The notes beneath the pieces are model-generated. The model was not told the DNA's origin. It did not search any database and saw nothing but the letters and a program-made list of their open reading frames with translations. From the IMG/VR virus record IMGVR_UViG_3300025640_001000: a stretch of DNA of 64,000 bases; one strand, 5' to 3'. Position 1 is the stretch's first letter, and each line of letters opens with the position of its first letter. The stretch is from a virus (lineage: Duplodnaviria > Caudoviricetes). The translations under genes were made by a program, and so were the position numbers. Positions 19,211 through 29,289 of this stretch are shown one piece after another.

Positions 19211-19858
19211 ATGGAAACTGAAAGATTTATAGAGATTAGAGGAAATAAGTTTATTTTAGACGATGAATACTTAGAATGGCATCGTAAAAACCTATATGAG
19301 TATACTCCAAAATCAAATACATTTTGCTTTCGGTGGATAAATAGACCACATAAATTTGAGATAGAAGAGCATACTCTTGTTGAAAAACATTTGCGTAGAG
19401 ACTCAAACGTGATTGATCTTGGGGGTTTTATTGGTACACTTTCATGTGCGATAAATAAGAGTTTAAAAAATCCTAATAATCATGTAGTCACGGAAATTCA
19501 TCCATTTTACACAAGATATCTACAGAAAAACAGAGATATAAATAACTGTAAATTTGAAATATTAAACAGAGTGGATAAACTAGAAGAATTAAATGTAGAT
19601 TATTTTTTTGATACAATAATTGCAGACATAGAAGGAGATGAGTTTAGATTTATACTAGATAATTTTGACTATATATCAACCCATGTTGAGTTGATAATAG
19701 TTGAGGTGCATAAACGGTATTGTGCATTACCAAGTCAACCTGAAAAAAGTAATAAAACTGTACCGATAAACTTAAGAAGACAATGTCTGGCTACACTCGA
19801 TACAAAATTTAAAAAAGTAGACTTTTTTAAGAATACATTAGTATACAGGAGAAAATAA
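19211..19858 (+). CDS. FkbM-like SAM methyltransferase
   Basis: VIDLGGFIG, IADIEGDE, IIVEVH. Confidence 0.75.
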   Translation: METERFIEIRGNKFILDDEYLEWHRKNLYEYTPKSNTFCFRWINRPHKFEIEEHTLVEKHLRRDSNVIDLGGFIGTLSCAINKSLKNPNNHVVTEIHPFYTRYLQKNRDINNCKFEILNRVDKLEELNVDYFFDTIIADIEGDEFRFILDNFDYISTHVELIIVEVHKRYCALPSQPEKSNKTVPINLRRQCLATLDTKFKKVDFFKNTLVYRRK

Positions 19859-20443
19859 ATGAAATATAAAAAATTATATGACGAATTATATGAAAATGGG
19901 TATCATTCTAATTTTAAAACAAACCACACAAAACATTTGTATGCCTATGTTGATAAATTTATCGGTCCGGCCGGCAAAGTTTTGGATGTAGGATGTTCAC
20001 ATGGAACGGCAGTTTACCATCTTAATAAACGTGGATACGACTCGCATGGAATAGACATTTCATCCGTTGCCATAGAATTGTGCAATAAACGCAAAATTAA
20101 AAATTGTAAAGTAAGTTCTGTTGCAAATATAGATTATGATGATCAGTACTTTGACGGTCTAGTATCGTCTGATACATTTGAACATCTAGACCCATCTGAA
20201 ATTGAATCGGCATTACTAGAATGCAACCGAGTTCTAAAAAAGGGAGGAGTTGGAATTATGCTAATTGCCACACGAAAGGAGGTGAACCGACATTATGATT
20301 TCGTTGCAAAAAAATATGGATTAACTAATTTGCATACATCTATCTTTAATGCAGAAGATTGGACAAATAAAATAAAATCAGTATTTCCTTTTCTTGAGGT
20401 AATAGTCAAAAAACGAGGAGCTATTTTCATTTTTAAAAAATGA
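19859..20443 (+). CDS. Class I SAM-dependent methyltransferase
   Basis: VLDVGCSHG, GIDIS, FEHL, RVLKKGG. Confidence 0.88.
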   Translation: MKYKKLYDELYENGYHSNFKTNHTKHLYAYVDKFIGPAGKVLDVGCSHGTAVYHLNKRGYDSHGIDISSVAIELCNKRKIKNCKVSSVANIDYDDQYFDGLVSSDTFEHLDPSEIESALLECNRVLKKGGVGIMLIATRKEVNRHYDFVAKKYGLTNLHTSIFNAEDWTNKIKSVFPFLEVIVKKRGAIFIFKK

Positions 20444-21075
20444 AAACAATATCTCTGATTCTTGCCCGTGGTGGTAGTAAAGGTATTCCAAATAAAAACA
20501 TAATTGATTTAAATGGAAATCCGTTACTTTATTACACGACAAATGCTTCATTAAATTCTAATGTTAATGAGACATGGGTAAGCACAGATTGTGATAAAAT
20601 AAAAAAAATTGCACAGAATATCGGTTGTAAAGTTATTGATCGTCCAAAAGAAATTTCTGGTGACAATAGCAAAAGTGATGAAGCACTTGTTCATTTTGCT
20701 GAAAATGTAGATTTTGATATTTTGGTATTTATACAACCAACATCTCCTTTACTTAAATCGTCTGACATAAACAAGGGACTAAAGAAGATGCAAAACTATG
20801 ATTCAGTCTTTAGTGTAACAAAAGAGCATTGGATTCCAAGGTGGAATGAAAATGGTGAACCTGTCAACTGGAATATCAACGATAGGCCTATGCGACAAGA
20901 TGTAAAAGAAACTTATATTGAAAATGGTGCATTTTACATTACAACTAAAAAGCAATTGTTGAATTCAAAATTAAGATACGGTGGAAACATCGGAATGGTT
21001 GAAATGCCATTACACAGAAGTTTTCAAATTGATACGATGGATGATTTAAAATTAATTGGAAAATTATTAAAGTGA
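20440..21075 (+). CDS. neuA: Acylneuraminate cytidylyltransferase
   Basis: LARGGSKGIPNKN, VSTD, QPTSP, ENGAFY, QIDT. Confidence 0.93.
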   Translation: MKTISLILARGGSKGIPNKNIIDLNGNPLLYYTTNASLNSNVNETWVSTDCDKIKKIAQNIGCKVIDRPKEISGDNSKSDEALVHFAENVDFDILVFIQPTSPLLKSSDINKGLKKMQNYDSVFSVTKEHWIPRWNENGEPVNWNINDRPMRQDVKETYIENGAFYITTKKQLLNSKLRYGGNIGMVEMPLHRSFQIDTMDDLKLIGKLLK

Positions 21076-21695
21076 TAGACTTGATGAATAAAAAGGTATT
21101 ATTGCTTGGACCAAGTAAACTTGCTGAGTCTGACACCGTATCCGTAAACTTTAATGAATTCGATTATGTTGTGAGATTCAATTTAATTCTGAAATGCTAT
21201 GAATTACACAATCTACCCAAAACCGATATTGTTTTTATTAACGAATCTAGTCGTAATAAATTAATTACCGAATACAATAAAAACTATCAAAATAAAATTA
21301 TATTGTGCAAAGTTTCTTTAAAAAACTTAGCAAATATTTACGGTTCAATGTGCTTTAAAGCAACTTGGAATTGGAAGCAATTCAAAAAACAATTTAAATT
21401 AAAAAGTCCATATGTAGGTACATTCGCAATAGGTTATTTTTTAGGAAAAGGATGTGATGTTACATACGGAGGAACAGATTTTTACTGGACAGGATATGCA
21501 GATGCTTTAAATTATCCTGATAACTACGAATTCAGTGCGATGCCGTCCGGCAAGGAAAATAAGGTACATTCTATGGCAGGCGATCTTCGTTTTATTAAAA
21601 ATTATTTAATGAAGGAATATCAAGGCAAATTGCAGTTGTTACCTAAAACTCAATACTATTTTGAAAAATCATTAGAAAAATATGGAATAGTTTGA
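21072..21695 (+). CDS. GT29-like sialyltransferase-fold protein
   Basis: VLLLGPS...FDYVVRFN...KTDI, GTDFY, terminal H motif. Confidence 0.55.
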   Translation: MIDLMNKKVLLLGPSKLAESDTVSVNFNEFDYVVRFNLILKCYELHNLPKTDIVFINESSRNKLITEYNKNYQNKIILCKVSLKNLANIYGSMCFKATWNWKQFKKQFKLKSPYVGTFAIGYFLGKGCDVTYGGTDFYWTGYADALNYPDNYEFSAMPSGKENKVHSMAGDLRFIKNYLMKEYQGKLQLLPKTQYYFEKSLEKYGIV

Positions 21696-21697
21696 TT

Positions 21698-22000
21698 ATG
21701 ATAATTTATGTGGACATAGACGAAACGATTTGTGAAACTGCATCTGATAGAAATTATGTCAATGCCAAACCTTTGAAAGAACGAATCGCAAAAATAAATA
21801 AATTATACGATGAAGGAAATACAATAATTTATTGGACTGCAAGAGGAACAGGTACTGGTATAAACTGGCAAGATGTAACTGAAAAGCAATTCAAAAAATG
21901 GAATGTTAAATACCACGAATTAAAATTTGGAAAACCAATTTATGATTTGTTTATTGATGATAAACACATCAACAGTGAAACCTATTTTAATGAAAAGTGA
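21698..22000 (+). CDS. Small HAD phosphatase (capsule-biosynthesis type)
   Basis: YVDIDETIC, WTARG, GKP, FIDDK. Confidence 0.85.
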   Translation: MIIYVDIDETICETASDRNYVNAKPLKERIAKINKLYDEGNTIIYWTARGTGTGINWQDVTEKQFKKWNVKYHELKFGKPIYDLFIDDKHINSETYFNEK

Positions 22001-22625
22001 TGTTTGTATAGTTGCAAGCGGTTCGTGTTTAAAAAACTCTGACCTTGGTGAGCAAATTGACGATTTTGAAAATGTAATTAGATTCGGGGGTTCTGAGGTT
22101 TATCTAGAAACTTACAAAGAAGATGTAGGCACGAAAACCACAGAGTTGATACATAATTCAAATTATCGTGCTTTGTTAAATTTTAAACAAAGATTGATAG
22201 ATTATGCAGAATTATATTCTGAAATTCCAAATTTATGTATTACGTACAAAGGATTGAACTCAAAACGAAGACTTCTTGTAGAAGATATAATCACAGAATA
22301 CAAAAAAATAAACAATGGAACAATAAGATATCTCAAAACAACGCACAAATATCTTAATATATTGAAACGAAACAATTGCACTTTGTTACAAAAAAAGGCA
22401 TCTTATACATCTGGTTTATGTTTGATTCTAGATTCGTTGCGAACATATAAAAATGTTTACATTTGTGGTTTTGATGCGTTGCAAGTGGAAATGAAAAACA
22501 ATTACTTTACACATTTCTATGGAGGAAATGCAAACTTCCATAGATATGGTCACGATGTTAATTCAGAGGCAAATACAATAAAAGAACTAATTGAAAAAAC
22601 AGAAAGATTATTTGAACTTAAATAA
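21990..22625 (+). CDS. GT29-like sialyltransferase
   Basis: Sialylmotif-L-like CIVASGS...IDDFENVIRF...DVGTKT; TSG; GFD; HFY; HDVNSE. Confidence 0.75.
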   Translation: MKSDVCIVASGSCLKNSDLGEQIDDFENVIRFGGSEVYLETYKEDVGTKTTELIHNSNYRALLNFKQRLIDYAELYSEIPNLCITYKGLNSKRRLLVEDIITEYKKINNGTIRYLKTTHKYLNILKRNNCTLLQKKASYTSGLCLILDSLRTYKNVYICGFDALQVEMKNNYFTHFYGGNANFHRYGHDVNSEANTIKELIEKTERLFELK

Positions 22626-24272
22626 TTATTTTCTTTCAAACAACTTCTCGTTGTCTAAACTCAACACACCATCGTTTATCAAATCAAGGTTGTGAAGTTT
22701 TTCCTTCACCTTTTCACACACTTCTTCTTCAACGGTCTTGGCAACAAACACAATTCTTTGAAGTGCTTTTGTTTTTGCACCATCACGATGAACTCTTCCA
22801 AGACATTGCTTTAAAATGATTGCACTATAACTTGGGGAAATTAGTGCCATGCGTGGATACTTTCCGTTTAGGTCATGCAAACTGATACCAGCACCTCCTG
22901 CTTGGGTATTCACTATGATAACTCGTTTTTTATCATTTTGAAAATCATCAATGTTTGTTTGACGTTCTTTCTTTTTGTTTCGTCCGTCAATAATACACTT
23001 GGTTTTTAATCGTTCGGACAGTGCATCAATGCTATCTTTGAAATTCATAAACAATACGATGCTCATTCCGTTTTCAATTGCATCTTCTGCAAGTTCCACG
23101 AACAATGGAACTTTAATAAGTTCACACTTTTGTCTTGCTCTTAATTGAACGACCAATTGGTTTGCTTGCTTTTCTTTTGCAGTTTTAGCAATTTTATTAA
23201 GTTTTTCAAGTTCTGCTTTCATTTCAAAAAAGACTTGAGTAATCTGCTTGGTATCTGAGGTATCCATATCGTATGCAATACTATGAACATCACATTCAGG
23301 AAATCCAGGAATAGAATCTCTGCGAAGACGAATGCCACGATCAAGAAAAACATCTTTATGCAAACTTTTAAGAACATCTTTGTCTCCGTTGAAAGTGTAT
23401 CCGAATCTACCTTGATAACATCCATTTCGTTTTACCCAACTCCAAAAACTAGTATTGTTATGCAAACCAAGAATATAACCCATTGCTCTCATATCCATTG
23501 GATTGATTGCTGACGTAGCACTTGCCATTAAAATTTTGTATTTTTGTTCTTTTGCAAATATTCCAAGTTTACTATTCAATGAGGTTTGTCCTTTGAGTTT
23601 GTGACTTTCATCAAACACAATTAAAGTGTTTTTTGGAATACACCATTCAAATACCTTCTTGCGTCTTCCACCTTTTTTTCCACTTGAAAGCATTTTCCAT
23701 GTTCCAATTGCCTTGCGATTACCTGTGCGAAGACTTTCGTAATTCACCACAAATTCAGGTACCATATTAAAATGATTTTCACACACCCGTTTCCAACTTT
23801 CTTGAACTGCCTTCGGACATACAATTCCTATTTTCATTCCAAGTTCCCGTGCAACACCAATTGCAGAATAAGTTTTACCTACACCTGTATCACTTCCGTC
23901 CATAGCAGAACCATGTGCTTCTATACTCGCAACTAGTTTAGCAACTGCATCAACCTGCCAAGGATGTAATCCTTTTTTCTTTTTGATCGTTCGATCCGGC
24001 AAATCACTTTCAAGCACAATTTCTGCGTCAGCAACTTCACCGATTAAATCTACACGACTTGTTGCCCAGTGAGTAATAAACCATTCACGGGTGTCTTTGT
24101 TTTTAGATACGGAATATCCCTGCTTCTTCATGTAATCAGAATTGGTTTTCCAAAATGCCCAAAAACCAGAAGCAAAGTCTGGTTCAAGCAAACATTGCTT
24201 TTTCCAACGATTTCCGTATTTTGTCAAAACTTTTTTAGGTTTTGACCATGTTAATTGATCTGCTAAATCCAT
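22626..24272 (-). CDS. SNF2/HARP-like superfamily 2 helicase
   Basis: DTGVGKT, DESH, SAT, GAGISL, QCLGRVHR. Confidence 0.88.
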   Translation of the reverse strand: MDLADQLTWSKPKKVLTKYGNRWKKQCLLEPDFASGFWAFWKTNSDYMKKQGYSVSKNKDTREWFITHWATSRVDLIGEVADAEIVLESDLPDRTIKKKKGLHPWQVDAVAKLVASIEAHGSAMDGSDTGVGKTYSAIGVARELGMKIGIVCPKAVQESWKRVCENHFNMVPEFVVNYESLRTGNRKAIGTWKMLSSGKKGGRRKKVFEWCIPKNTLIVFDESHKLKGQTSLNSKLGIFAKEQKYKILMASATSAINPMDMRAMGYILGLHNNTSFWSWVKRNGCYQGRFGYTFNGDKDVLKSLHKDVFLDRGIRLRRDSIPGFPECDVHSIAYDMDTSDTKQITQVFFEMKAELEKLNKIAKTAKEKQANQLVVQLRARQKCELIKVPLFVELAEDAIENGMSIVLFMNFKDSIDALSERLKTKCIIDGRNKKKERQTNIDDFQNDKKRVIIVNTQAGGAGISLHDLNGKYPRMALISPSYSAIILKQCLGRVHRDGAKTKALQRIVFVAKTVEEEVCEKVKEKLHNLDLINDGVLSLDNEKLFERK

Positions 24273-24305
24273 TTTTATAGAAAGTACATATATATAAGTG
24301 TTCTA

Positions 24306-24335
24306 ATTATACTAAATTATGTGGGAAGAAGTCAA
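24306..24335 (-). promoter_or_regulatory. Sigma70-type promoter for the helicase
   Basis: Minus strand TTGACT-N18-TATAAT. Confidence 0.5.
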
Positions 24336-24609
24336 ACCAATTACATTGCTTTTGGAGCAAGACAACGAAGATGGAAGTCGTTTTCTGATGCATTTTTATT
24401 CTCATGATTACGAATTAGTTAAGTTAAAAGAAGCATCTCATTTTAATAAAAGTGGTGCAATGATAGGAAATTATTCAAGGTTATATGAATTGCATTGTGA
24501 GTGTACATACGATTTGAATTTTTTTGTGGAACGACTTTCAAAAAACACAACTCAGAAAATAATTGAATATTTTGAAAATCCAAACATTTATATAGAATAC
24601 TATCTCTAA
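24319..24609 (+). CDS. Hypothetical protein
   Basis: 96-aa ORF filling the gap. Confidence 0.55.
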   Translation: MWEEVKPITLLLEQDNEDGSRFLMHFYSHDYELVKLKEASHFNKSGAMIGNYSRLYELHCECTYDLNFFVERLSKNTTQKIIEYFENPNIYIEYYL

Positions 24610-24662
24610 TTGAAAATCAAATGTGATTGTTTTAATACGAAGGTATTCGCATATTTATAGTT

Positions 24663-27053
24663 ATGGCACCAGAAACTAACATCTCTGCAAAAAACATTTT
24701 TGTTTGGCACGATTCATATTCGTGGTGTAGTCCTCAGGTAATAACGAGTGTAATTTCCAAAATTGCAATTTCGTCTAATTCACCTTATTTATCAGGTTCA
24801 CCTGAAATTTCATGTGGAGGTGCATATAGTTTAACAACAGACGGAACATTCAGTGAATTTATGTTCGTTGTATCTGCACTTGATATTGACTCTGGTCGTT
24901 GGGACGCAACCACATCAAAGTATCCTTTGGAATTTGAAATAGATAATCAAGGTGCATTTAAAATAACCACTTCATTTGAAAACGGATCACCGACATACAA
25001 ACGAGTTCGTGGGAACATAACTGATTATATAAAACACATATCAACTTATACATGGGAACTTATTGAAGAAACTAATGATGTATTTGGTGATCCAGTTCAA
25101 GTTAGTCGCAAGATAAAATACGGAGATACGAGTCCTGCACCAACGGCAAAATCATCAGATGACGTTTGGGATGTCACCACCTCGTTTGCTTACATTGATT
25201 ATGAAGATTCAACTGCTTTGGCAGCTGCTTATCGCAAATATGAACATCCAATGAATATTTGTATAAGTGGTGGTACAAACCAAATATTGTTGTCTGCGGA
25301 TTTTTTCAAAAAGCACCAAGCAAACACAGAACTTGAAAATGCACGACCCACTTATATAGGTCAATATCAATCATCAATGGAAATAACATCATCTATATAT
25401 TTTGAAAACGATGAATGGAAAGTAAAGTTTTCAAAATTTAGTGAAGGTGAGTTGATTGAAACGGGTGTATTATACACTTCATCACAACCATTAATGAATC
25501 CGTGTTCAATAACACACTGGAAACCAAGTAGTGAGTATACTTCAGTTGAATCGTTATCAATTTTACCTACATCGTGTGATAATATAATTCCTGATTTATT
25601 GTGTGTACAGCACGAATCAAAAAATACGACAACATTACAAGGTTTTTATTCACTTGTTAAACGAGACGAAGAAACACCACGAAAATATAACAATAAAATT
25701 ATGTATTGGTCTATTTTTGACGAACCCAAAACACTTGCAGATTTAGGAATATCAAACTTTGATAATAACACTTTCACTCAATCTCAGATTTGGTGGCAAG
25801 GAAGTTACTGGGTATTGAATTATCGCAAAAACACAGGAAGTAGTTCTAGTCCTGTGTGGGGTCCTATGAAACTTGCATATTTTTCGTTTGATGATGTTGA
25901 ACTACCATCAGACATTAGAAATTGGAAAGTATTTGACAAAGATACATTTGGAAAAATGAAATCGGTTCATGTGGATACCTGTCCTACTCCAACTCCAAGT
26001 CCGTCTCATACCCCCAGTCCCACATTTACACCATCTCCAACGGTTACTGCGTCTCCAACTGCAACGTTGACTCCATGTGAACCAATTGATGTAGGTTGTG
26101 GGGATGTAAAACTTCACTTACAGGCAAACGATCATTACGGTGTTACTATACGTGATCGTAGTTTGTTTCAAAATGAACTTCAATTGATAGACAATGTTAC
26201 ATTTTCAAGAGATACAATGGGTCCATTCGACTTAAATCAACAATCATTTTATTTTGATGGTCAAGATGATCTTATTCGTGTCGAAGTAGAAAAAACGAAC
26301 ATTGGAACAGATATAATGGAATTTAGAGCAGATGCGTTCACAATTGAATTGTTTGTTAAATTTAATACATTGAATCAAAATCAACCTTTAATTTCATACG
26401 GAGATGCTGAAAATTGTTGGTGGAGATTAGTTTATGTAAAATCTGCCGACCGACTTGAATTTTTATATGTAACTAAGGGAAATGGTTTAGTCAAACGAGT
26501 AAATATTTCTGCAAATCTGTTGGAAATTGATACCTGGTATCACATAGTAGTAACACGAAATACTGATATAAATCAATTCCTCATTTATATAGACGGAGTA
26601 GAACGTGGGTCATCAATTGAAACCGAAGAATTAGATTATTCAGAAGAGGATAATATTGTGTATATAGGAAGCAATTTTAGAACTCAGCAAACCGAGGAAG
26701 AAGAATATTTTACTGGATATATGCAAGAAATTAGAGTATCATCTGAATGTGTATACGAATGTGCATTTAATCCAATAACAGAGTTAAATGATGTGTGTTA
26801 CGAAGGAACACCTACTCCAAGTCCGAGTCCAAGTGCTACCGTCACACCAAGTCCTACATTTACTCATTCACCAACTCACACACCATCACCTTCACCGAGT
26901 CCATCGGAAACTCCTTCACCGAGTCACACACCTTCACCGAGTCCATCGGAAACTCCTTCACCGAGTCACACACCTTCACCGAGTCCATCGGAAACTCCTT
27001 CACCGAGTCACACACCTTCACCGAGTCCATCGGAAACTCCTACTAACGAATAA
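24663..27053 (+). CDS. LamG/concanavalin-A domain protein with Pro/Ser/Thr linkers (putative virion surface protein)
   Basis: [38 protein letters not shown]; PTPSP tracts. Confidence 0.8.
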   Translation: MAPETNISAKNIFVWHDSYSWCSPQVITSVISKIAISSNSPYLSGSPEISCGGAYSLTTDGTFSEFMFVVSALDIDSGRWDATTSKYPLEFEIDNQGAFKITTSFENGSPTYKRVRGNITDYIKHISTYTWELIEETNDVFGDPVQVSRKIKYGDTSPAPTAKSSDDVWDVTTSFAYIDYEDSTALAAAYRKYEHPMNICISGGTNQILLSADFFKKHQANTELENARPTYIGQYQSSMEITSSIYFENDEWKVKFSKFSEGELIETGVLYTSSQPLMNPCSITHWKPSSEYTSVESLSILPTSCDNIIPDLLCVQHESKNTTTLQGFYSLVKRDEETPRKYNNKIMYWSIFDEPKTLADLGISNFDNNTFTQSQIWWQGSYWVLNYRKNTGSSSSPVWGPMKLAYFSFDDVELPSDIRNWKVFDKDTFGKMKSVHVDTCPTPTPSPSHTPSPTFTPSPTVTASPTATLTPCEPIDVGCGDVKLHLQANDHYGVTIRDRSLFQNELQLIDNVTFSRDTMGPFDLNQQSFYFDGQDDLIRVEVEKTNIGTDIMEFRADAFTIELFVKFNTLNQNQPLISYGDAENCWWRLVYVKSADRLEFLYVTKGNGLVKRVNISANLLEIDTWYHIVVTRNTDINQFLIYIDGVERGSSIETEELDYSEEDNIVYIGSNFRTQQTEEEEYFTGYMQEIRVSSECVYECAFNPITELNDVCYEGTPTPSPSPSATVTPSPTFTHSPTHTPSPSPSPSETPSPSHTPSPSPSETPSPSHTPSPSPSETPSPSHTPSPSPSETPTNE
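26889..27041 (+). repeat. Perfect 42-nt tandem repeat, about 3.6 copies ([14 protein letters not shown])
   Basis: CCTTCACCGAGTCCATCGGAAACTCCTTCACCGAGTCACACA starting at 26889, 26931, 26973, 27015 (last partial). Confidence 0.95.
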
Positions 27054-27059
27054 TAATGT

Positions 27060-27088
27060 TTGACTTATTTGTTTGTTTTGCATAGTAT
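27060..27088 (+). promoter_or_regulatory. Sigma70-type promoter for guaC
   Basis: TTGACT-N17-TAGTAT, ATG at 27096. Confidence 0.7.
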
Positions 27089-27095
27089 TAAACAA

Positions 27096-28118
27096 ATGAA
27101 TAAAAATAATAGGTTGCTCAAGTATTCTGATATAATACTAGTTCCTAAATTAAGCAATATAGAAACTCGCAATGCAGTTGATGTAAGTTGTAAATTCGGA
27201 AATCAATCATTTAATTTACCGGTTGTTCCTGCGAACATGAAAACCGTAATCAATGAAGAACTTGCAAAGATGTTGTCGGATGCAAATTTCTTTTATATTA
27301 TGCATCGGTTTGGTATAAGCAATTACGAGTTTGTAAACACGACAAATAAACAAAATCTCAAATGCATTTCAATTAGTGTGGGTGTAAAGCAAAGTGACAT
27401 TGAGTGTTTGCAGAAAATTGCAGAAGATAATCTTCGTGTTGATTATATTACCATTGATATTGCACACGGTCATAGTGTTTTAATGAAAAACACGATCAAT
27501 GAAATCAAAAAGATTTTCGGTGATAAAACATTTATCATTGCAGGAAATGTAGCAACATCTGATGCAGTAAGTGAAATTACTCAATGGGGAGCAGACGCAA
27601 TTAAGGTTGGTATAGGGCAGGGAAGTCCATGTACAACCAAAGACAAAACAGGATTCACGATGCCAATGTTCAGTTGTATGTTAGAATGTGCCAAAAATGC
27701 TGATATACCATTGATCGCAGATGGTGGTGTTAAATGCAACGGAGACGTTGCAAAAGCAATATGTGCAGGTGCAGACATGGTCATGGTCGGTGGAATGTTT
27801 GCTGAATGCGTTGATTCTCCGGCAGAAAACATCACCAAAACTTTACACACAGGATTTTTCACAAGTGAACCATTTCGACCAACCAACTATAAACCTGAAT
27901 ATAAAGATGTTTGCTATAAACGATATTACGGAAGTGCAAGTCAGTTTAACAAAGGTCATACAAAAAACATAGAAGGAGTTATGCGTGAAGTACCTTGCAA
28001 CGAACTAAGTTATCTTGAAAAGATGGACGAAATGACGATGGACTTACAAAGTAGTGTAAGTTATGCCGGAGGAACAAATTTGAATTGTTTGTCAACTACG
28101 GAATATTTATTGGTATGA
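27096..28118 (+). CDS. guaC: GMP reductase
   Basis: PVVPANM, DIAHGHS, AGNV, KVGIGQGSPCTTKDKTG, IADGG, YYGSAS, SSVSYAG; no CBS domain. Confidence 0.9.
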   Translation: MNKNNRLLKYSDIILVPKLSNIETRNAVDVSCKFGNQSFNLPVVPANMKTVINEELAKMLSDANFFYIMHRFGISNYEFVNTTNKQNLKCISISVGVKQSDIECLQKIAEDNLRVDYITIDIAHGHSVLMKNTINEIKKIFGDKTFIIAGNVATSDAVSEITQWGADAIKVGIGQGSPCTTKDKTGFTMPMFSCMLECAKNADIPLIADGGVKCNGDVAKAICAGADMVMVGGMFAECVDSPAENITKTLHTGFFTSEPFRPTNYKPEYKDVCYKRYYGSASQFNKGHTKNIEGVMREVPCNELSYLEKMDEMTMDLQSSVSYAGGTNLNCLSTTEYLLV

Positions 28119-28333
28119 CATCTGAGCAAAGATATAATTTAGACAAAAAAATGTCAGAGTTTGAATCTTTTGTGGAATTTCATGCATATGCATATGCAAA
28201 TAATATTATATTTGACAATGAAGAGTGGGAAGAGTATAGTAATAAAATGAAAAAATTGTTGCGTGAAAAGAAAAATGCACCAATATATATTGATACCACA
28301 GGATTAATTTTACCAAATATACATAAGGAATAA
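28115..28333 (+). CDS. Hypothetical protein
   Basis: ATGA overlap; TATTTAT at 28104. Confidence 0.5.
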   Translation: MTSEQRYNLDKKMSEFESFVEFHAYAYANNIIFDNEEWEEYSNKMKKLLREKKNAPIYIDTTGLILPNIHKE

Positions 28334-28335
28334 AA

Positions 28336-28605
28336 ATGAGCGAAGAAAATGATTTTACTGTAACCGTTGACGGAGCAGAATATAAGTTTAATGACTTGAG
28401 TGATGAAAACAAGTCGTTGGTTGGCCACATTCGTGACCTCGACTCCCAAGTTGAACAACTTAATTTCCGTTACGAGCAACTTAGTGCATCAAAGAGTTTT
28501 TTCTCGGACAAACTTGTTCAGTCGTTGAAGGCACCTGCCGAAGACGCACCACAAGAAGCAGAAGCAGTTCCACAAGAAGCACCTGCTCAAACCGAGTCTG
28601 CATAA
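28336..28605 (+). CDS. Small coiled-coil phage protein
   Basis: VTVDGAEYKFNDLSDE plus coiled coil and acidic tail. Confidence 0.65.
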   Translation: MSEENDFTVTVDGAEYKFNDLSDENKSLVGHIRDLDSQVEQLNFRYEQLSASKSFFSDKLVQSLKAPAEDAPQEAEAVPQEAPAQTESA

Positions 28606-28641
28606 ACGTAGATATTTAGATTTCACCGATATTTATTATTG

Positions 28642-29289
28642 GTGGAAAATCTAGTTTGTATTTATACCTGCGAATCACACGCAGAGCAATTGAATTTGCT
28701 CAAGAACTCGCCGTTGTACGATGATCTAACAAATTCCAATCATCGTATAATAGAAGTTCGTTCCGGTGGAACACACACCGAGTTTTTGGGTGGAAACCTC
28801 ATATGCAAAGGAACAGAGTCGTATGATGCTCTTTCAATTAAAACATACGAAATGATTGATTATTGTTTTAAAAACTTTGAGTATGATCATTTAATTAAAA
28901 TAGATTGCACTCTTGCGTTTGATGAAGAAAACGAACCAGAGAAGTGGAAACGACAATTCACGACAACCGAGGTAAGCAACTTCGTAAACAAATCTTCTTA
29001 TTTGGATTATGACGGAATTCAATCTCAGTGTGCAACTATGTTATCATTCAGACGTTGGGCAATACGCAAAAACATAAAAACCGAGTCAGTTGCCAATTTG
29101 ATTGGTAACAACACCGCAAATAGATTTTACACAGGCAAGTGTTATTCCATTTCAAGAAACTTTTCCAAGTTTGTTTCTATTAACTGCAAAAACGTGGCAT
29201 ATTCATTTGCCAAGAGGTATGGAGGGATAGAAGATTTATTTATTGGAAAAAGTTATTATAATTTTAGAGTTTTGGACGAGGTACGATGA
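28642..29289 (+). CDS. GT31/galactosyltransferase-like protein
   Basis: ESYDALSIKT, HLIKID, GKCYSIS, EDLFIG. Confidence 0.65.
   Translation: MENLVCIYTCESHAEQLNLLKNSPLYDDLTNSNHRIIEVRSGGTHTEFLGGNLICKGTESYDALSIKTYEMIDYCFKNFEYDHLIKIDCTLAFDEENEPEKWKRQFTTTEVSNFVNKSSYLDYDGIQSQCATMLSFRRWAIRKNIKTESVANLIGNNTANRFYTGKCYSISRNFSKFVSINCKNVAYSFAKRYGGIEDLFIGKSYYNFRVLDEVR

Noticed and set aside
26889-27041. CRISPR array
   Set aside because: Repeats are contiguous with no spacers and are in-frame coding; no cas genes
27096-28118. IMP dehydrogenase (guaB)
   Set aside because: PANM, DIAHGHS and CTTKxKTG motifs and the length fit GMP reductase
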